This document shows positions 1-9,254 of a stretch of 24,926 bases of DNA, in pieces. Numbering within the stretch: the stretch's first letter is position 1; every line of letters begins with the position of its first letter. This DNA comes from Spirochaetota bacterium (GTDB lineage Bacteria; Spirochaetota; UBA4802; UBA5550): NCBI GenBank assembly GCA_050298055.1, contig JBNKTL010000018.1, positions 4,129-29,054 of the forward strand. Direction: 5' to 3'. The notes under the pieces are model-generated. The model was not told the DNA's origin. It was given only the letters and a program-made list of their open reading frames with translations, and did no database searches. The position numbers were made by a program, and so were the translations under genes.

Positions 1-287
1 TCCTTGCTTTCGGGACCGTATCTTACCATCTTTACTGTCTCTTTACCAAGCTCCATGGCATCGTCTTTGCTGAGTTTGCCCTCCGTGAAGTCGTTATTAA
101 TTTTAACCAGTACGCTTATACATGTATCAACAACCTGTTTTATCCCTGCCTTTTTTTCATTTATCAGTTTTGTTCTCACAAGCGGGATAAAGTAAAGGCG
201 AACAAATAATGCAAAAGCCAGTAGAAGTATTATTCCCGGGATGAATATTTTTTTTCCAAGTGAGAGATCCCTGTAATAATTTCTCAT
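1..287 (-). CDS. Single Cache (sCache_2) domain membrane sensor, probably a methyl-accepting chemotaxis protein or kinase; N-terminal part only, runs off the window
   Basis: Not in the ORF track. Manual translation from ATG 287: MRNYYRDLSLGKKIFIPGIILLLAFALFVRLYFIPLVRTKLINEKKAGIKQVVDT...GKLSKDDAMELGKETVKMVRYGPESK. This gives one TM helix followed by the G-x-L-S-x-x-x-A...RYG signature of sCache_2. RBS GGAGG lies at 296-300. Confidence 0.8.
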   Translation of the reverse strand, partial: MRNYYRDLSLGKKIFIPGIILLLAFALFVRLYFIPLVRTKLINEKKAGIKQVVDTCISVLVKINNDFTEGKLSKDDAMELGKETVKMVRYGPESK

Positions 288-328
288 ACTCAATTCCTCC
301 CCCTCAATTTTTTCACTAATAATTGAAT

Positions 329-357
329 ATTCTATTTTTTCTATTCCATATTTTCAA
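329..357 (-). promoter_or_regulatory. Putative sigma70 promoter of the Cache sensor gene
   Basis: Minus strand TTGAAA(357-352)-17 nt-TAGAAT(334-329). Confidence 0.5.
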
Positions 358-463
358 GTATTTATTTTTTTCTCTATCACTCAACCTCAAAAGAATGATA
401 TTTCAAGGTGTTTAAGTCGCAGAGATATTCTGTACAAGCTCAGATGTTTCTTTGATCTCTTTC

Positions 464-2029
464 TCAATAAATAAATCCGGCAATAATCTGTCCCAGCTCA
501 GTCATGTGCATGCAGCTGTGAAACTTTTTTCTCTCCCTCTCCGGTCCCCAGACAAAAAAGGGTACCGGAGACGATGTATGAGCCCCTGTTGACCAGACCA
601 TGTTCTGGCCCCCGGCCACAACACGGGCAAGGATACAGCTCCTGTTTTCTTCAGGTGAGAGATAGAACTCCCTGAAGTCATGTATTCCCCGCACACCGCT
701 TTCATCCGGCAAACCGAGTATACGCCCTGCGTCCTCCCGTGTAACCGGAAACCGGGTACCGGAGTTTATGGTCTTTGCAAGCATTGCGGGACCTTTTTTG
801 CCGTGAGGGAGAGAATCATATCTTTCAAAAAGAGCCCGGTAACTCATCTTCTGCATGTAGAGCCTGTCAAGGATAGAAGGAGACCCGAAGTTTGACTTTG
901 CAATGTATTTTCTCTTCTTAAAGAGGTCCCCGAAAAGTTTTCTCTCTATTCTCTCACCATTTGCTGAATAGCTGAACCCCGGCCCCCCGGTCTCATGGTC
1001 AGCGGTAACCACCACAAGGGTGTCTTTTCTCCCGGCTGTCCATCTTCTCACCGTTTTCAGGACTTCATCAAGCCGTATCATCTCCTGGAGGAGCCACCCC
1101 GCGTCATTGCCATGGGAGGCCCAGTCGATCTGCCCCGCTTCGATCATCAGGAAAAATCCCTTCTCGTTCTTCCCGAGTATCTTCAGCGCCGCCTCCGCCA
1201 TGTCACTGAGGAGAGGAAGAGACCTCCTGCTATTGTCCCTGCTTGCCTTTTCACTGAATGCATCGGGCATACCTGAATCTGAAAAGAGTCCCAGGACCAT
1301 TCCCCCGGATATTTCTTCTAACTCCTGTTTGCTGAATACAAGCCTGTATCCTTTCTTCTCCGCTTCATCCAGGAGGTTCCTGCTGTCCATTCTCTTTGAT
1401 TTGATCTTTATCCGCCCCCCGGTCCTCTTTCTGATTTTTTCTGATATTTTCGAGTTCATCCCGTTAACATCCCGGGGAAGCCAGTGCCTCAAACCGCCGG
1501 AGAGCATAACATCCACCCCGCTGTTTAACAGGTCAACGGCAATCTCATTTTCCCTGCTCCTCACAGGCTGATGTGATACAAATCCCGCGGGTGTGGCATG
1601 AGTAATCCTTGTGTCCGAGACAAGCCCCGTTGACATTCCCGCCTTCTCCGCTTTCTCCACCAGGTTCATTGCCCTGTTCCCCCTGTAGTCTGCCCCGATC
1701 ATCCCGACCCGGGAGAACTTTCCCGTGGCAAGCATTGTGGATGATGCGGCGGAATCGGTCACAAGGTTCTCATACGTTTCGGTAAATACCAGTCCGGAGC
1801 TGCTCTCCCTGATGATGCTTTCAAGCGATGAAGTTCTCCCCGTCTTTCTGTATATGGATTCAGGGGCATACTTCACATAGGAGTTAAAAAAACCTATCTC
1901 CTGTACTCCCATACCGTCGCCTATGATCAGGATGATATTCTTCACCCTCTCTTCAGATGGAGAGGAAATGATAAAGAGTACAGTCAGTATATACGCAGCA
2001 CCTGCTGTAATTGATATTTTTTTTATCAT
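464..2029 (-). CDS. phoA: Alkaline phosphatase (PhoA family, Vibrio-type)
   Basis: Motifs IGDGMG, VTDSAAS (catalytic Ser), THATPA, EAGQIDWASH, TADHETG and C-terminal GAHT; hydrophobic N-terminal signal/anchor. Confidence 0.93.
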   Translation of the reverse strand: MIKKISITAGAAYILTVLFIISSPSEERVKNIILIIGDGMGVQEIGFFNSYVKYAPESIYRKTGRTSSLESIIRESSSGLVFTETYENLVTDSAASSTMLATGKFSRVGMIGADYRGNRAMNLVEKAEKAGMSTGLVSDTRITHATPAGFVSHQPVRSRENEIAVDLLNSGVDVMLSGGLRHWLPRDVNGMNSKISEKIRKRTGGRIKIKSKRMDSRNLLDEAEKKGYRLVFSKQELEEISGGMVLGLFSDSGMPDAFSEKASRDNSRRSLPLLSDMAEAALKILGKNEKGFFLMIEAGQIDWASHGNDAGWLLQEMIRLDEVLKTVRRWTAGRKDTLVVVTADHETGGPGFSYSANGERIERKLFGDLFKKRKYIAKSNFGSPSILDRLYMQKMSYRALFERYDSLPHGKKGPAMLAKTINSGTRFPVTREDAGRILGLPDESGVRGIHDFREFYLSPEENRSCILARVVAGGQNMVWSTGAHTSSPVPFFVWGPERERKKFHSCMHMTELGQIIAGFIY

Positions 2030-2353
2030 CTTAACTTTCCTTTTTTTTGTTTTTTCAATATACTGTCTTTTTATTCTGTCATCATGAGGAGTTGAACGAC
2101 ATAATGATCTGTTCCCCTCGATACAATTTGCCGCATTTTAAAACAGAAAGCACTGAATCAATCAAGCGGGTTCTCTCCTCTCCGATCATGTTAAGGAATT
2201 ATAAGAAAAGGCGTGAAAATGTTGCCAGACATTTTTTATCTTAATACGAGAAGAGTGAAAAAAAATGGAAGTAACTACTTTAGACTTTCTCAAGTTAAGC
2301 TTCAGTCGTTAAAAATGAAAATTATATTAAACCAATCTTTAAGGAAAAATTAT

Positions 2354-4030
2354 TTACCTCCTTTTTATCTCTTTATATGAAGCGTAAAGCCCCAGACGAA
2401 GCTCAATATCCCCCTTTGAAATTTTCCCTGTCCGGGAACGGTTTGGAAATTTCACATCCTGGTTTTCATAAACATACTGAACAAATTTTTCCAAATTACT
2501 CCTGCAGATTTTCACATAATTATTATAAACCTTGTATTCCAGTTCCAGGAAGAGATCTTTTTTGTCAGGAAATCCGAACATGAGAAGCTTATTTGTATTT
2601 TTTTTTCTGAAAATATTATTGATACGCGTATAAGATATATCAGGATTTTTTGCAGTTTTTTTCAAGACCCTTTTTATAGCATAGTATAATTCGTCCCTCT
2701 GGATAAAGACCGGCTCAGGGGACAAATTGCTGGCTTTTCCTTGAGGTTCTCTGGCAATACTTACGGCAAGAGCATGGGGCGGTTTTATTTTAGATTCTTC
2801 AAGACTGCTCTTGTCCTTAAATAGATCAAAGAAACTGGATTTGTAATAAGCATCGGTTGTGGAACCGACATTGAGATGGTCAAAATTTATTTCACCTTTA
2901 CCTGAACCTTCTTTTACCCTGCGGAGAGAATAATAGTTGTGTGAATGGGCTGATATCCAGTAATTCCCGATCCCGGGAGTCCGGCCCATAAAGGTTTTCC
3001 AGACTTTTTTTATTAACATTTTATTATGAATTTTATCATTAACTGCAAGATCCGTATGTGGATAATGTGAAAGGAGAATTGTGAGGGGAGTCTCTTTTTT
3101 AACTTTTCCTTTTAAAAATTCTATCTGTTCATCAGATATCCATCCTGTTAATCCGAACCATTTCATTTTGAGAATTTTTTCCGTATCGATATACCATTTC
3201 CCATAGTAATCGGATGTATCCATAAGCAGGATTTTATAATTCTTCTGCCGGTTTACAAGGGAACCGGAGAGAAAACAGTTCGGTTTTCTTACTTCAGTGA
3301 TCCTGGTCCCCTTTATGGCTTCTTTCTGACCGCCCCTGTTTGCTGCATTACAATAATTAATCATCTGCTGCCTGTTCGTAACATTATCATGATACTCCCA
3401 ATTCCAGCCTTTTATTGCATTGGACTCTTTGTTGAACCTGGACGCCCTCAAGATCAGATCGCATTTTGATTCCAGGATTTTTTTCTCTGAATCATTCTTC
3501 CTGCAGGTACAGAGCTTTATACGGCTTTTTTTGAAAGGTGTGTTCCCGGCTCCGAGATAATCATGATTTCCAATAATAAAAAAGATGGGGACGGCCCTTA
3601 TTTCCTTCCCTGAAAAATAGCTTGTTCTCCCCGATCTGTATTCACTTAAAATCTTGAAGACAGTATTAATTTCATCTTTGCAGCCGTTATTCGCAGCATC
3701 TCCCAGGTAAAAGATCATATCGACTTTCTTCTCATCAATCAGACTTTCAATAAAATATCTGAGCATAATTTCCGAATATTGATTCAATGCGGGAACCCGG
3801 AGGGACACATTTATGATACGGTCTTCTGCTCCACCCTTCATTAAAGCATCAAATTTTGTATCTTTTTTTGTCTGCAGCTGGGAATCCGCCACAAACCCCA
3901 TCTTTAATCCTTCAATCGTATTTGCAGATGAAGGAGAACCCATAATTTTATTCCCCTCTATTGTTTTACAGTAAACATTGAGAAAAAGAAATGAAAGAGA
4001 AAGTAATAAAAAGGGCTTAATTTTTAACAT
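2354..4030 (-). CDS. Secreted calcineurin-like metallophosphoesterase, possibly a lipoprotein
   Basis: Ordered motifs GFVADSQ, YLGDAANNG, IGNHD, LSHYP and SAHSH; signal peptide ending ...LNVYC; RBS GAGG upstream. Confidence 0.78.
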   Translation of the reverse strand: MLKIKPFLLLSLSFLFLNVYCKTIEGNKIMGSPSSANTIEGLKMGFVADSQLQTKKDTKFDALMKGGAEDRIINVSLRVPALNQYSEIMLRYFIESLIDEKKVDMIFYLGDAANNGCKDEINTVFKILSEYRSGRTSYFSGKEIRAVPIFFIIGNHDYLGAGNTPFKKSRIKLCTCRKNDSEKKILESKCDLILRASRFNKESNAIKGWNWEYHDNVTNRQQMINYCNAANRGGQKEAIKGTRITEVRKPNCFLSGSLVNRQKNYKILLMDTSDYYGKWYIDTEKILKMKWFGLTGWISDEQIEFLKGKVKKETPLTILLSHYPHTDLAVNDKIHNKMLIKKVWKTFMGRTPGIGNYWISAHSHNYYSLRRVKEGSGKGEINFDHLNVGSTTDAYYKSSFFDLFKDKSSLEESKIKPPHALAVSIAREPQGKASNLSPEPVFIQRDELYYAIKRVLKKTAKNPDISYTRINNIFRKKNTNKLLMFGFPDKKDLFLELEYKVYNNYVKICRSNLEKFVQYVYENQDVKFPNRSRTGKISKGDIELRLGLYASYKEIKRR

Positions 4031-4118
4031 GGAAAACCTCCCCGGTATTTTTAAATGAGTTATTTCAATTATCCGGTTTTGTTTTTTTATTCTTTGTTTT
4101 ATGCATTCAATAACTCCG

Positions 4119-5498
4119 CTAAGGCATTCTGTATTTTATAATATGGCCAGGCTCATTTAATCCGTACAACATAGCATAGATCAGGCCCGGAACATGCCTG
4201 TTCGCACTTATGCCCTTGATCCCATAATATTGAATAAAAATACCGCTTCTACTTGTTGGTTCGGTTCTGTTTTTAATCACACTGAAATCATTAAGCATGA
4301 CCAGACCCTGAGTTTTACTGTAATCGTTTATAGTATCGTTTGAAAGATCAATAGCATACAGATGCGAACCGCGTAAAAAGTATGAGGGTTCATAATCATC
4401 AGTAGCAAAATATATTTTTCCGTCCAGTTCCATGAGAAAGGTATGCACCTTATGCTGACTCTCATCAGGCATCCAATTGTTCACCGCAGAGGAAACGGAT
4501 TTGAGATCCCCCAAAAACTCCATATTCGATCCGGAAGGATTATATTTAAAAACGGCAACATTTCCATGAATATCATCCGGAGCAGACGGTTGGTAATGAT
4601 TACTCACTGCAATATATATAGATCCGTTTGAAGCAGCAGAGATACCGGACCAGCAGGAATTGTGTCTGAAACCGGGTAAAAGCCTTGTACCGTCTTCTTC
4701 TCCCGTATCTGTAAAGTGGATAAGTTCAGCAGAGTATCCTTCTGCATTCCGGGGAACATGTACCTTTAAAATTGCCAGATCATCATCAGAGTGTGAAAAG
4801 CTCCAGACCGGCACGTAAAAATTGTTATCATTGTCCCACACATTTATACCGCCAAAACAGAGATCGCGTTCAGGTTCAAGATGGGGAGCAACAACTGTGC
4901 TGATATCAAGAACTTCCCGGCAAACCGGCGAATCGGCAAGAAGATCAATTTTGTAGAGATGCTTATTATCATATTGATTGTTTGTACTTACAAAAAAGAG
5001 AGAGTTTTCATCACCGGCCAGGGTAAGATTAAACCGTTTCCACCAGTTTGTGCCACAACCATATTCTGAACTGATATTCATGATATACTGGAAGCTGTCT
5101 TTCGAACAGGTAAGCTTCCACACTTCACCGCTTGTAGTCATGCAATAGACAATATCACCATCCTCAGTGGGAGCAATCATTCCGAAACCCTCATTATTAT
5201 CATTAACACTTGAAGTAAAATTGTCTTTAACAGTTATGGTTTTCCCTGTAGCCAGCTGATATTTCATCAGGTCAAGATTGCCGCTTCCATCGGCCTCATT
5301 ATATTCCGAAGTGTTAACATAATACAAATCACCGTTGTTCGCCGTATAGAAAACATAACTCACCCGGGTGGATTCGCCAATCTTTTCCATCGATTCATTT
5401 GTCCTGTTCTGTTCAGGATCGGTTCCGGATTCCGGGTTCTTACCGGAACATGAACCGATAAGAAAAACCGCAATGAAGGGGAGTAATAATATTTTCAT
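4119..5498 (-). CDS. Hypothetical lipoprotein, predicted beta-propeller
   Basis: Start reassigned to ATG 5498 (MKILLLPFIAVFLIGSC, with lipobox). A low-complexity linker is followed by repeated blade-like units (NNGDLYY, EDGDIVY, DENSLFF, DNNFYV, SNGSIYI, LDGKIYF). Confidence 0.7.
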   Translation of the reverse strand: MKILLLPFIAVFLIGSCSGKNPESGTDPEQNRTNESMEKIGESTRVSYVFYTANNGDLYYVNTSEYNEADGSGNLDLMKYQLATGKTITVKDNFTSSVNDNNEGFGMIAPTEDGDIVYCMTTSGEVWKLTCSKDSFQYIMNISSEYGCGTNWWKRFNLTLAGDENSLFFVSTNNQYDNKHLYKIDLLADSPVCREVLDISTVVAPHLEPERDLCFGGINVWDNDNNFYVPVWSFSHSDDDLAILKVHVPRNAEGYSAELIHFTDTGEEDGTRLLPGFRHNSCWSGISAASNGSIYIAVSNHYQPSAPDDIHGNVAVFKYNPSGSNMEFLGDLKSVSSAVNNWMPDESQHKVHTFLMELDGKIYFATDDYEPSYFLRGSHLYAIDLSNDTINDYSKTQGLVMLNDFSVIKNRTEPTSRSGIFIQYYGIKGISANRHVPGLIYAMLYGLNEPGHIIKYRMP

Positions 5499-5797
5499 AT
5501 TTCTTTCCACTTCTTTGAATGGGAGATTATTACAGTTATGAGGAATGCTTTACTCGTTTTGCCTGTCATAGATATTAATCCTTTCATGCCGATTAAAACT
5601 ATAACATCACACCGGGGAATATTAAGAGACCATTATCTGAGAAATGTCAAGAGAAAAGTCAGTTAAATATAAACATTTATCAGATAATAATCAATTATGG
5701 CAAACATTCTGGTTATTCTGTTTATATTTAAATCATACATCTAACAGGAAAAGGAGTTAAAGACGTATTAATGAGTGTCGCTGGGTTCTTTTCTCAT

Positions 5798-7900
5798 CTA
5801 ATTATACCTTGATGCTAAGGTCCTTTCAATGGCATTTCTCAATTCCTGAACCGTAAATGGTTTTCCCATGAGATAATCCACACCTGCAGGATGTTCATTC
5901 CTTGATGCCATAATTTGAGCAAATCCTGTTATCATAAGTACCGGTACCGGGTGTTCTGAGGATTTTACATGCTGAACCAATTCATCTCCGCTGATTTTTG
6001 GCATTGCCTTATCAGTAATAAGCAGATCAAATCCATTCTGGTTGAATTTAGCAATTCCCTCTATGGTATCTTCGGCGGTTACAACACTATGCCCGTCAAG
6101 GGCCAGATATTCTGAAAGAAGTGTCCTGGAATTCAGATCATCGTCAACCACAAGAACCTTCAATGGACGGGCAATGCACAATAAAACTTTCGGTTCGGGC
6201 TGTGTTCCGTCTTCTTCCTGAACAAGAGGAATTTGCATTCCAATGATTGTTTCCTTTCCGGGGGTACTGTGAATATTCAGCGAACCCTTGTGCCGCTTAA
6301 CAATGCCATGGACCATAGCCAATCCCATTCCTGTCCCGTCTTCTCCTTTTGTTGAAAAAAAGGGCTCCAGGCATTTCCGGGCCACATCTTTGGACATACC
6401 GATTCCCGTATCCTTGACTTCCAGGTTGAATGTTTCATCCTTCACAAATGCGCGAATTGTCACCTCACCTCCTGAAGAAACGGCGTGAAGAGCGTTTATA
6501 ATAAGATTCATCAGGGCTTCGCTAAACTGAGACTTACTTACTATAACCACAAGATCCGGGGGTACATCCTCAATGATTTTAATCGTTACAGAACGGGCTT
6601 CTCTATCGGATTTCCATAAGGGTTTTGTTGTTTCAACAACCCCGGATACTAACTGAGCAATATTTACTTTTTCCATCTTTGGTCTTGAGTCGGCCCGGGA
6701 GAACTCCTGTAATCGTTTCACAGTCTCCCGTGACGTTTCGGCGGATTTTCTTATTGTTTCCAGCATTGGCAGCATTTTCTCAGGTTCTTTCAAAAGATCC
6801 GGGCTTTCCAGTAACAGGTCCGAGTAGCCGAGAATTGGAATAAGCATATTATTGAAATCATGAGCAATCCCGCTTGTCAGCTGGCCCAGCGCACTGAGAC
6901 GCTCCTGTCGAATGAGTATCTCCTCACTGCGCTTCAATTCCAGGTGGGCTTTCATGGTTTCGCTAATCTGTTTTTCCAGTTGCGCATTGACCATACGCAA
7001 ATGTTCGGTCTTCCTGTTAACCTGGTACTTTAAGAGAATACTTATTAAAAACAGCAACAATATCCCGGCTGCTGCAACACTGAAAGACCAGCCAATCCAC
7101 CCGGGAAGACCCAGTTTCGTGGTTTCACCCAACCACCGTCTTAATGACTGATGATAGGCTGAAATCTTTTCTGCTTTCAGAGAAGTAATCTGGCGGTTTA
7201 TGGCACTAATAACATCCCTGTTCTTCCCTTTTTTAACTGCAAACCGTAAAGATGCAGGTGAGAACACAACGGGACTACGAACCACATTGTATTGGTCTTC
7301 CTGGGAATAACCGTAAATACGGTTGACAATACCGGCATCGACTTTCCTCTCATGAATCATGCGAAATACTGCTTCATAATTGTCAACTTCAGTCAGCTTA
7401 ATATCGAATCCAAATCCATCTGCAAGATTCTTAAGCCGCATCAGATGAATTCCCCGGCGCAATGTGGCTAAATGCATCCCCTTAAGATCTGTTATGAGCT
7501 TAATATCCACTCCTTTGCGTGTATAGACCTGCGCCCAGTTATTTAATACATCGTTTTCGCAGAAGTCATACTTTTGGGCCCTTTCGGGAGAATATGCAAC
7601 ATCCACCATGAGATCAATTTCACCTGATTCAAGATTTGCCAGACATTGCGGCCAGGAATCATGCACATATTTTAACGACCATCCTTCACGGCGGGCAATC
7701 TCCCCGATAATGTCCACGAAAATACCTGCCGGGATTCCTTCCTTGTTCGTAAAGACCTTGGGCGGATTTTCATAAACCCCTACCCTCACTTCCCTGCCCG
7801 AAGCAGAAGCAATACCAGTGGCAAAAAGCATAATTGTAAGGATTGAGATAACAGAGCACACATTAAATTTACTTTTCCGGGATAGCAAGTCAGTTGCCAT
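5798..7900 (-). CDS. Hybrid sensor histidine kinase/response regulator with an extracellular family-3 solute-binding domain
   Basis: N-terminal PBP domain (VRVGVYENPP, GEIDLMVDVAYSPERAQKYDF), TM helix, H-box GIAHDFNN, N-box NLIINA, DTGIGM, FFSTK-GTGMGL, and REC domain (VLVVDDD, LITDKAMP, KPF). RBS GGAGG. Confidence 0.93.
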   Translation of the reverse strand: MATDLLSRKSKFNVCSVISILTIMLFATGIASASGREVRVGVYENPPKVFTNKEGIPAGIFVDIIGEIARREGWSLKYVHDSWPQCLANLESGEIDLMVDVAYSPERAQKYDFCENDVLNNWAQVYTRKGVDIKLITDLKGMHLATLRRGIHLMRLKNLADGFGFDIKLTEVDNYEAVFRMIHERKVDAGIVNRIYGYSQEDQYNVVRSPVVFSPASLRFAVKKGKNRDVISAINRQITSLKAEKISAYHQSLRRWLGETTKLGLPGWIGWSFSVAAAGILLLFLISILLKYQVNRKTEHLRMVNAQLEKQISETMKAHLELKRSEEILIRQERLSALGQLTSGIAHDFNNMLIPILGYSDLLLESPDLLKEPEKMLPMLETIRKSAETSRETVKRLQEFSRADSRPKMEKVNIAQLVSGVVETTKPLWKSDREARSVTIKIIEDVPPDLVVIVSKSQFSEALMNLIINALHAVSSGGEVTIRAFVKDETFNLEVKDTGIGMSKDVARKCLEPFFSTKGEDGTGMGLAMVHGIVKRHKGSLNIHSTPGKETIIGMQIPLVQEEDGTQPEPKVLLCIARPLKVLVVDDDLNSRTLLSEYLALDGHSVVTAEDTIEGIAKFNQNGFDLLITDKAMPKISGDELVQHVKSSEHPVPVLMITGFAQIMASRNEHPAGVDYLMGKPFTVQELRNAIERTLASRYN

Positions 7901-8077
7901 GGATTTCCTCCAAATGCATTTAATGCGTTTTAAAACTTACTGTCTATCCAAACAGGCTGCAAACACTCATGCGAGAGAGCATTGTTCTCATAAGCTCTCC
8001 AACTGGCAATAGTAAACGGATGTGCACCTTTTAAGCGAAAGAATCTATTGCAAACACACATTCTTTAAGGACATGAG

Positions 8078-8106
8078 AGCGTATACGAATATACAGATTT
8101 CGTCAA
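8078..8106 (-). promoter_or_regulatory. Putative sigma70 promoter of the hybrid kinase, implying a leader of about 170 nt
   Basis: Minus strand TTGACG(8106-8101)-17 nt-TACGCT(8083-8078). Confidence 0.4.
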
Positions 8107-8299
8107 TTAAAAAATATTCCAATATTGCAGCTCTCATCACAGGTCAGATCAATTTCAATGCCCGGCCCGCAGGATCCTTTTTCTCTGCATTCACGATTTG
8201 ACGCCCCGGTGCGACCAAATGATAGGACGTCTATTTTATGTGATTAAAAGCTAAGTATTTTCTGTATTTAAATGAATGATGACGAAAAACAGGCGGGGG

Positions 8300-8443
8300 T
8301 CAGTTCTTTTTTCTTTTTTCGTTCAAGTTCTTTTCGACATTTTGCGGTTTCGCAGGAAGATTTTCTTTTTCCTGACATGTTTTTTTCCACTGGTTTATGC
8401 TTTTAAAGCTCTTAATTACACTTGTGTTAAAATAATAATTCAT
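8300..8443 (-). CDS. Putative 47-aa basic small protein
   Basis: Below the ORF-track cutoff. MNYYFNTSVIKSFKSINQWKKTCQEKENLPAKPQNVEKNLNEKRKKN*, preceded by GAGAGG-TTAG-ATG, on the same strand as csp and downstream of it. Confidence 0.45.
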   Translation of the reverse strand: MNYYFNTSVIKSFKSINQWKKTCQEKENLPAKPQNVEKNLNEKRKKN

Positions 8444-8469
8444 CTAACCTCTCATTTTTTAATGATCTC

Positions 8470-8526
8470 AAAAGCCGGCGGAACTCTTTAAGACTCAGTC
8501 CTGAAGAGTTTCCGGTTCCCGGCTTT
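8470..8526 (-). terminator. Long hairpin downstream of csp (terminator-like or stabilising)
   Basis: AAAGCCGG(8471-8478)/CCGGCTTT(8519-8526) encloses CGGAACTCTT/AAGAGTTTCCG and GACT/AGTC. On the minus strand it ends in CCGGCUUUU. Confidence 0.55.
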
Positions 8527-8560
8527 CGGGATATTCATAACCGGATCTCTACCCCGGCAC

Positions 8561-8761
8561 TTAGATTTCCTTTACGGAAACAGCTCTCGGTCCTTTGTCA
8601 GTATTTTCAACACTAAATGCTACACTGGCTCCTTCAGCAAGGGTTTTAAATCCTTCACTGTCAATTCCGGAATGGTGCACGAAGATATCTCCGCCATTCT
8701 CTCTCTGGATAAATCCGTAGCCTTTACTTTCGTTAAACCACTTAACAGTTCCCTGTTCCAT
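8561..8761 (-). CDS. csp: Cold-shock protein (CspA family)
   Basis: GTVKWFN, RNP1 KGYGFI, RNP2 DIFVHH, GFKTL and KGPRA; RBS AGGAG. Confidence 0.97.
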   Translation of the reverse strand: MEQGTVKWFNESKGYGFIQRENGGDIFVHHSGIDSEGFKTLAEGASVAFSVENTDKGPRAVSVKEI

Positions 8762-9254
8762 ATGTATGACTCCTGATATAAATATTTTTGCAAAGACTCA
8801 AGCTGAGTATAAAATTGACATAAATAAAATAAAAACATTACTGATGCGTCCCCCATCACAGTGAAGACACATTGTTGATATTTTAAAATATATCAATTTT
8901 ACCCATACAGCTGAGTATTTACTTTTTTGATACACTGATGCTATGCTGATAAATATAGAAGCAGAAAATTGGTAAGCCGTTTTTTCTGCCAGATTTACAA
9001 AATAAGGTAAGAAAAGCGGGGTAATTTTTTGATACTATATTACTCGATACATAAAACCCGTATCTTGTTGTTAAAGGGGACTCTTTATTATCTACCGGTA
9101 TCTGTCAACCAAAAAGAATAAATTAATTAAAATATGGTAACTGCTCACTTATCCTGTGAACAGGAGAGGAAATATTGCATTTTTTTTCATTTACAATATC
9201 TTTTAAGTATAGATTATTGATACCCATCAGGAAGAGGGAATTTTTCGTACAATT

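Noticed and set aside
2063..2082. Pho box upstream of phoA (CTGTCTT...CTGTCAT)
   Set aside because: The period is 13 nt rather than 11, and it is on the opposite strand from the gene.
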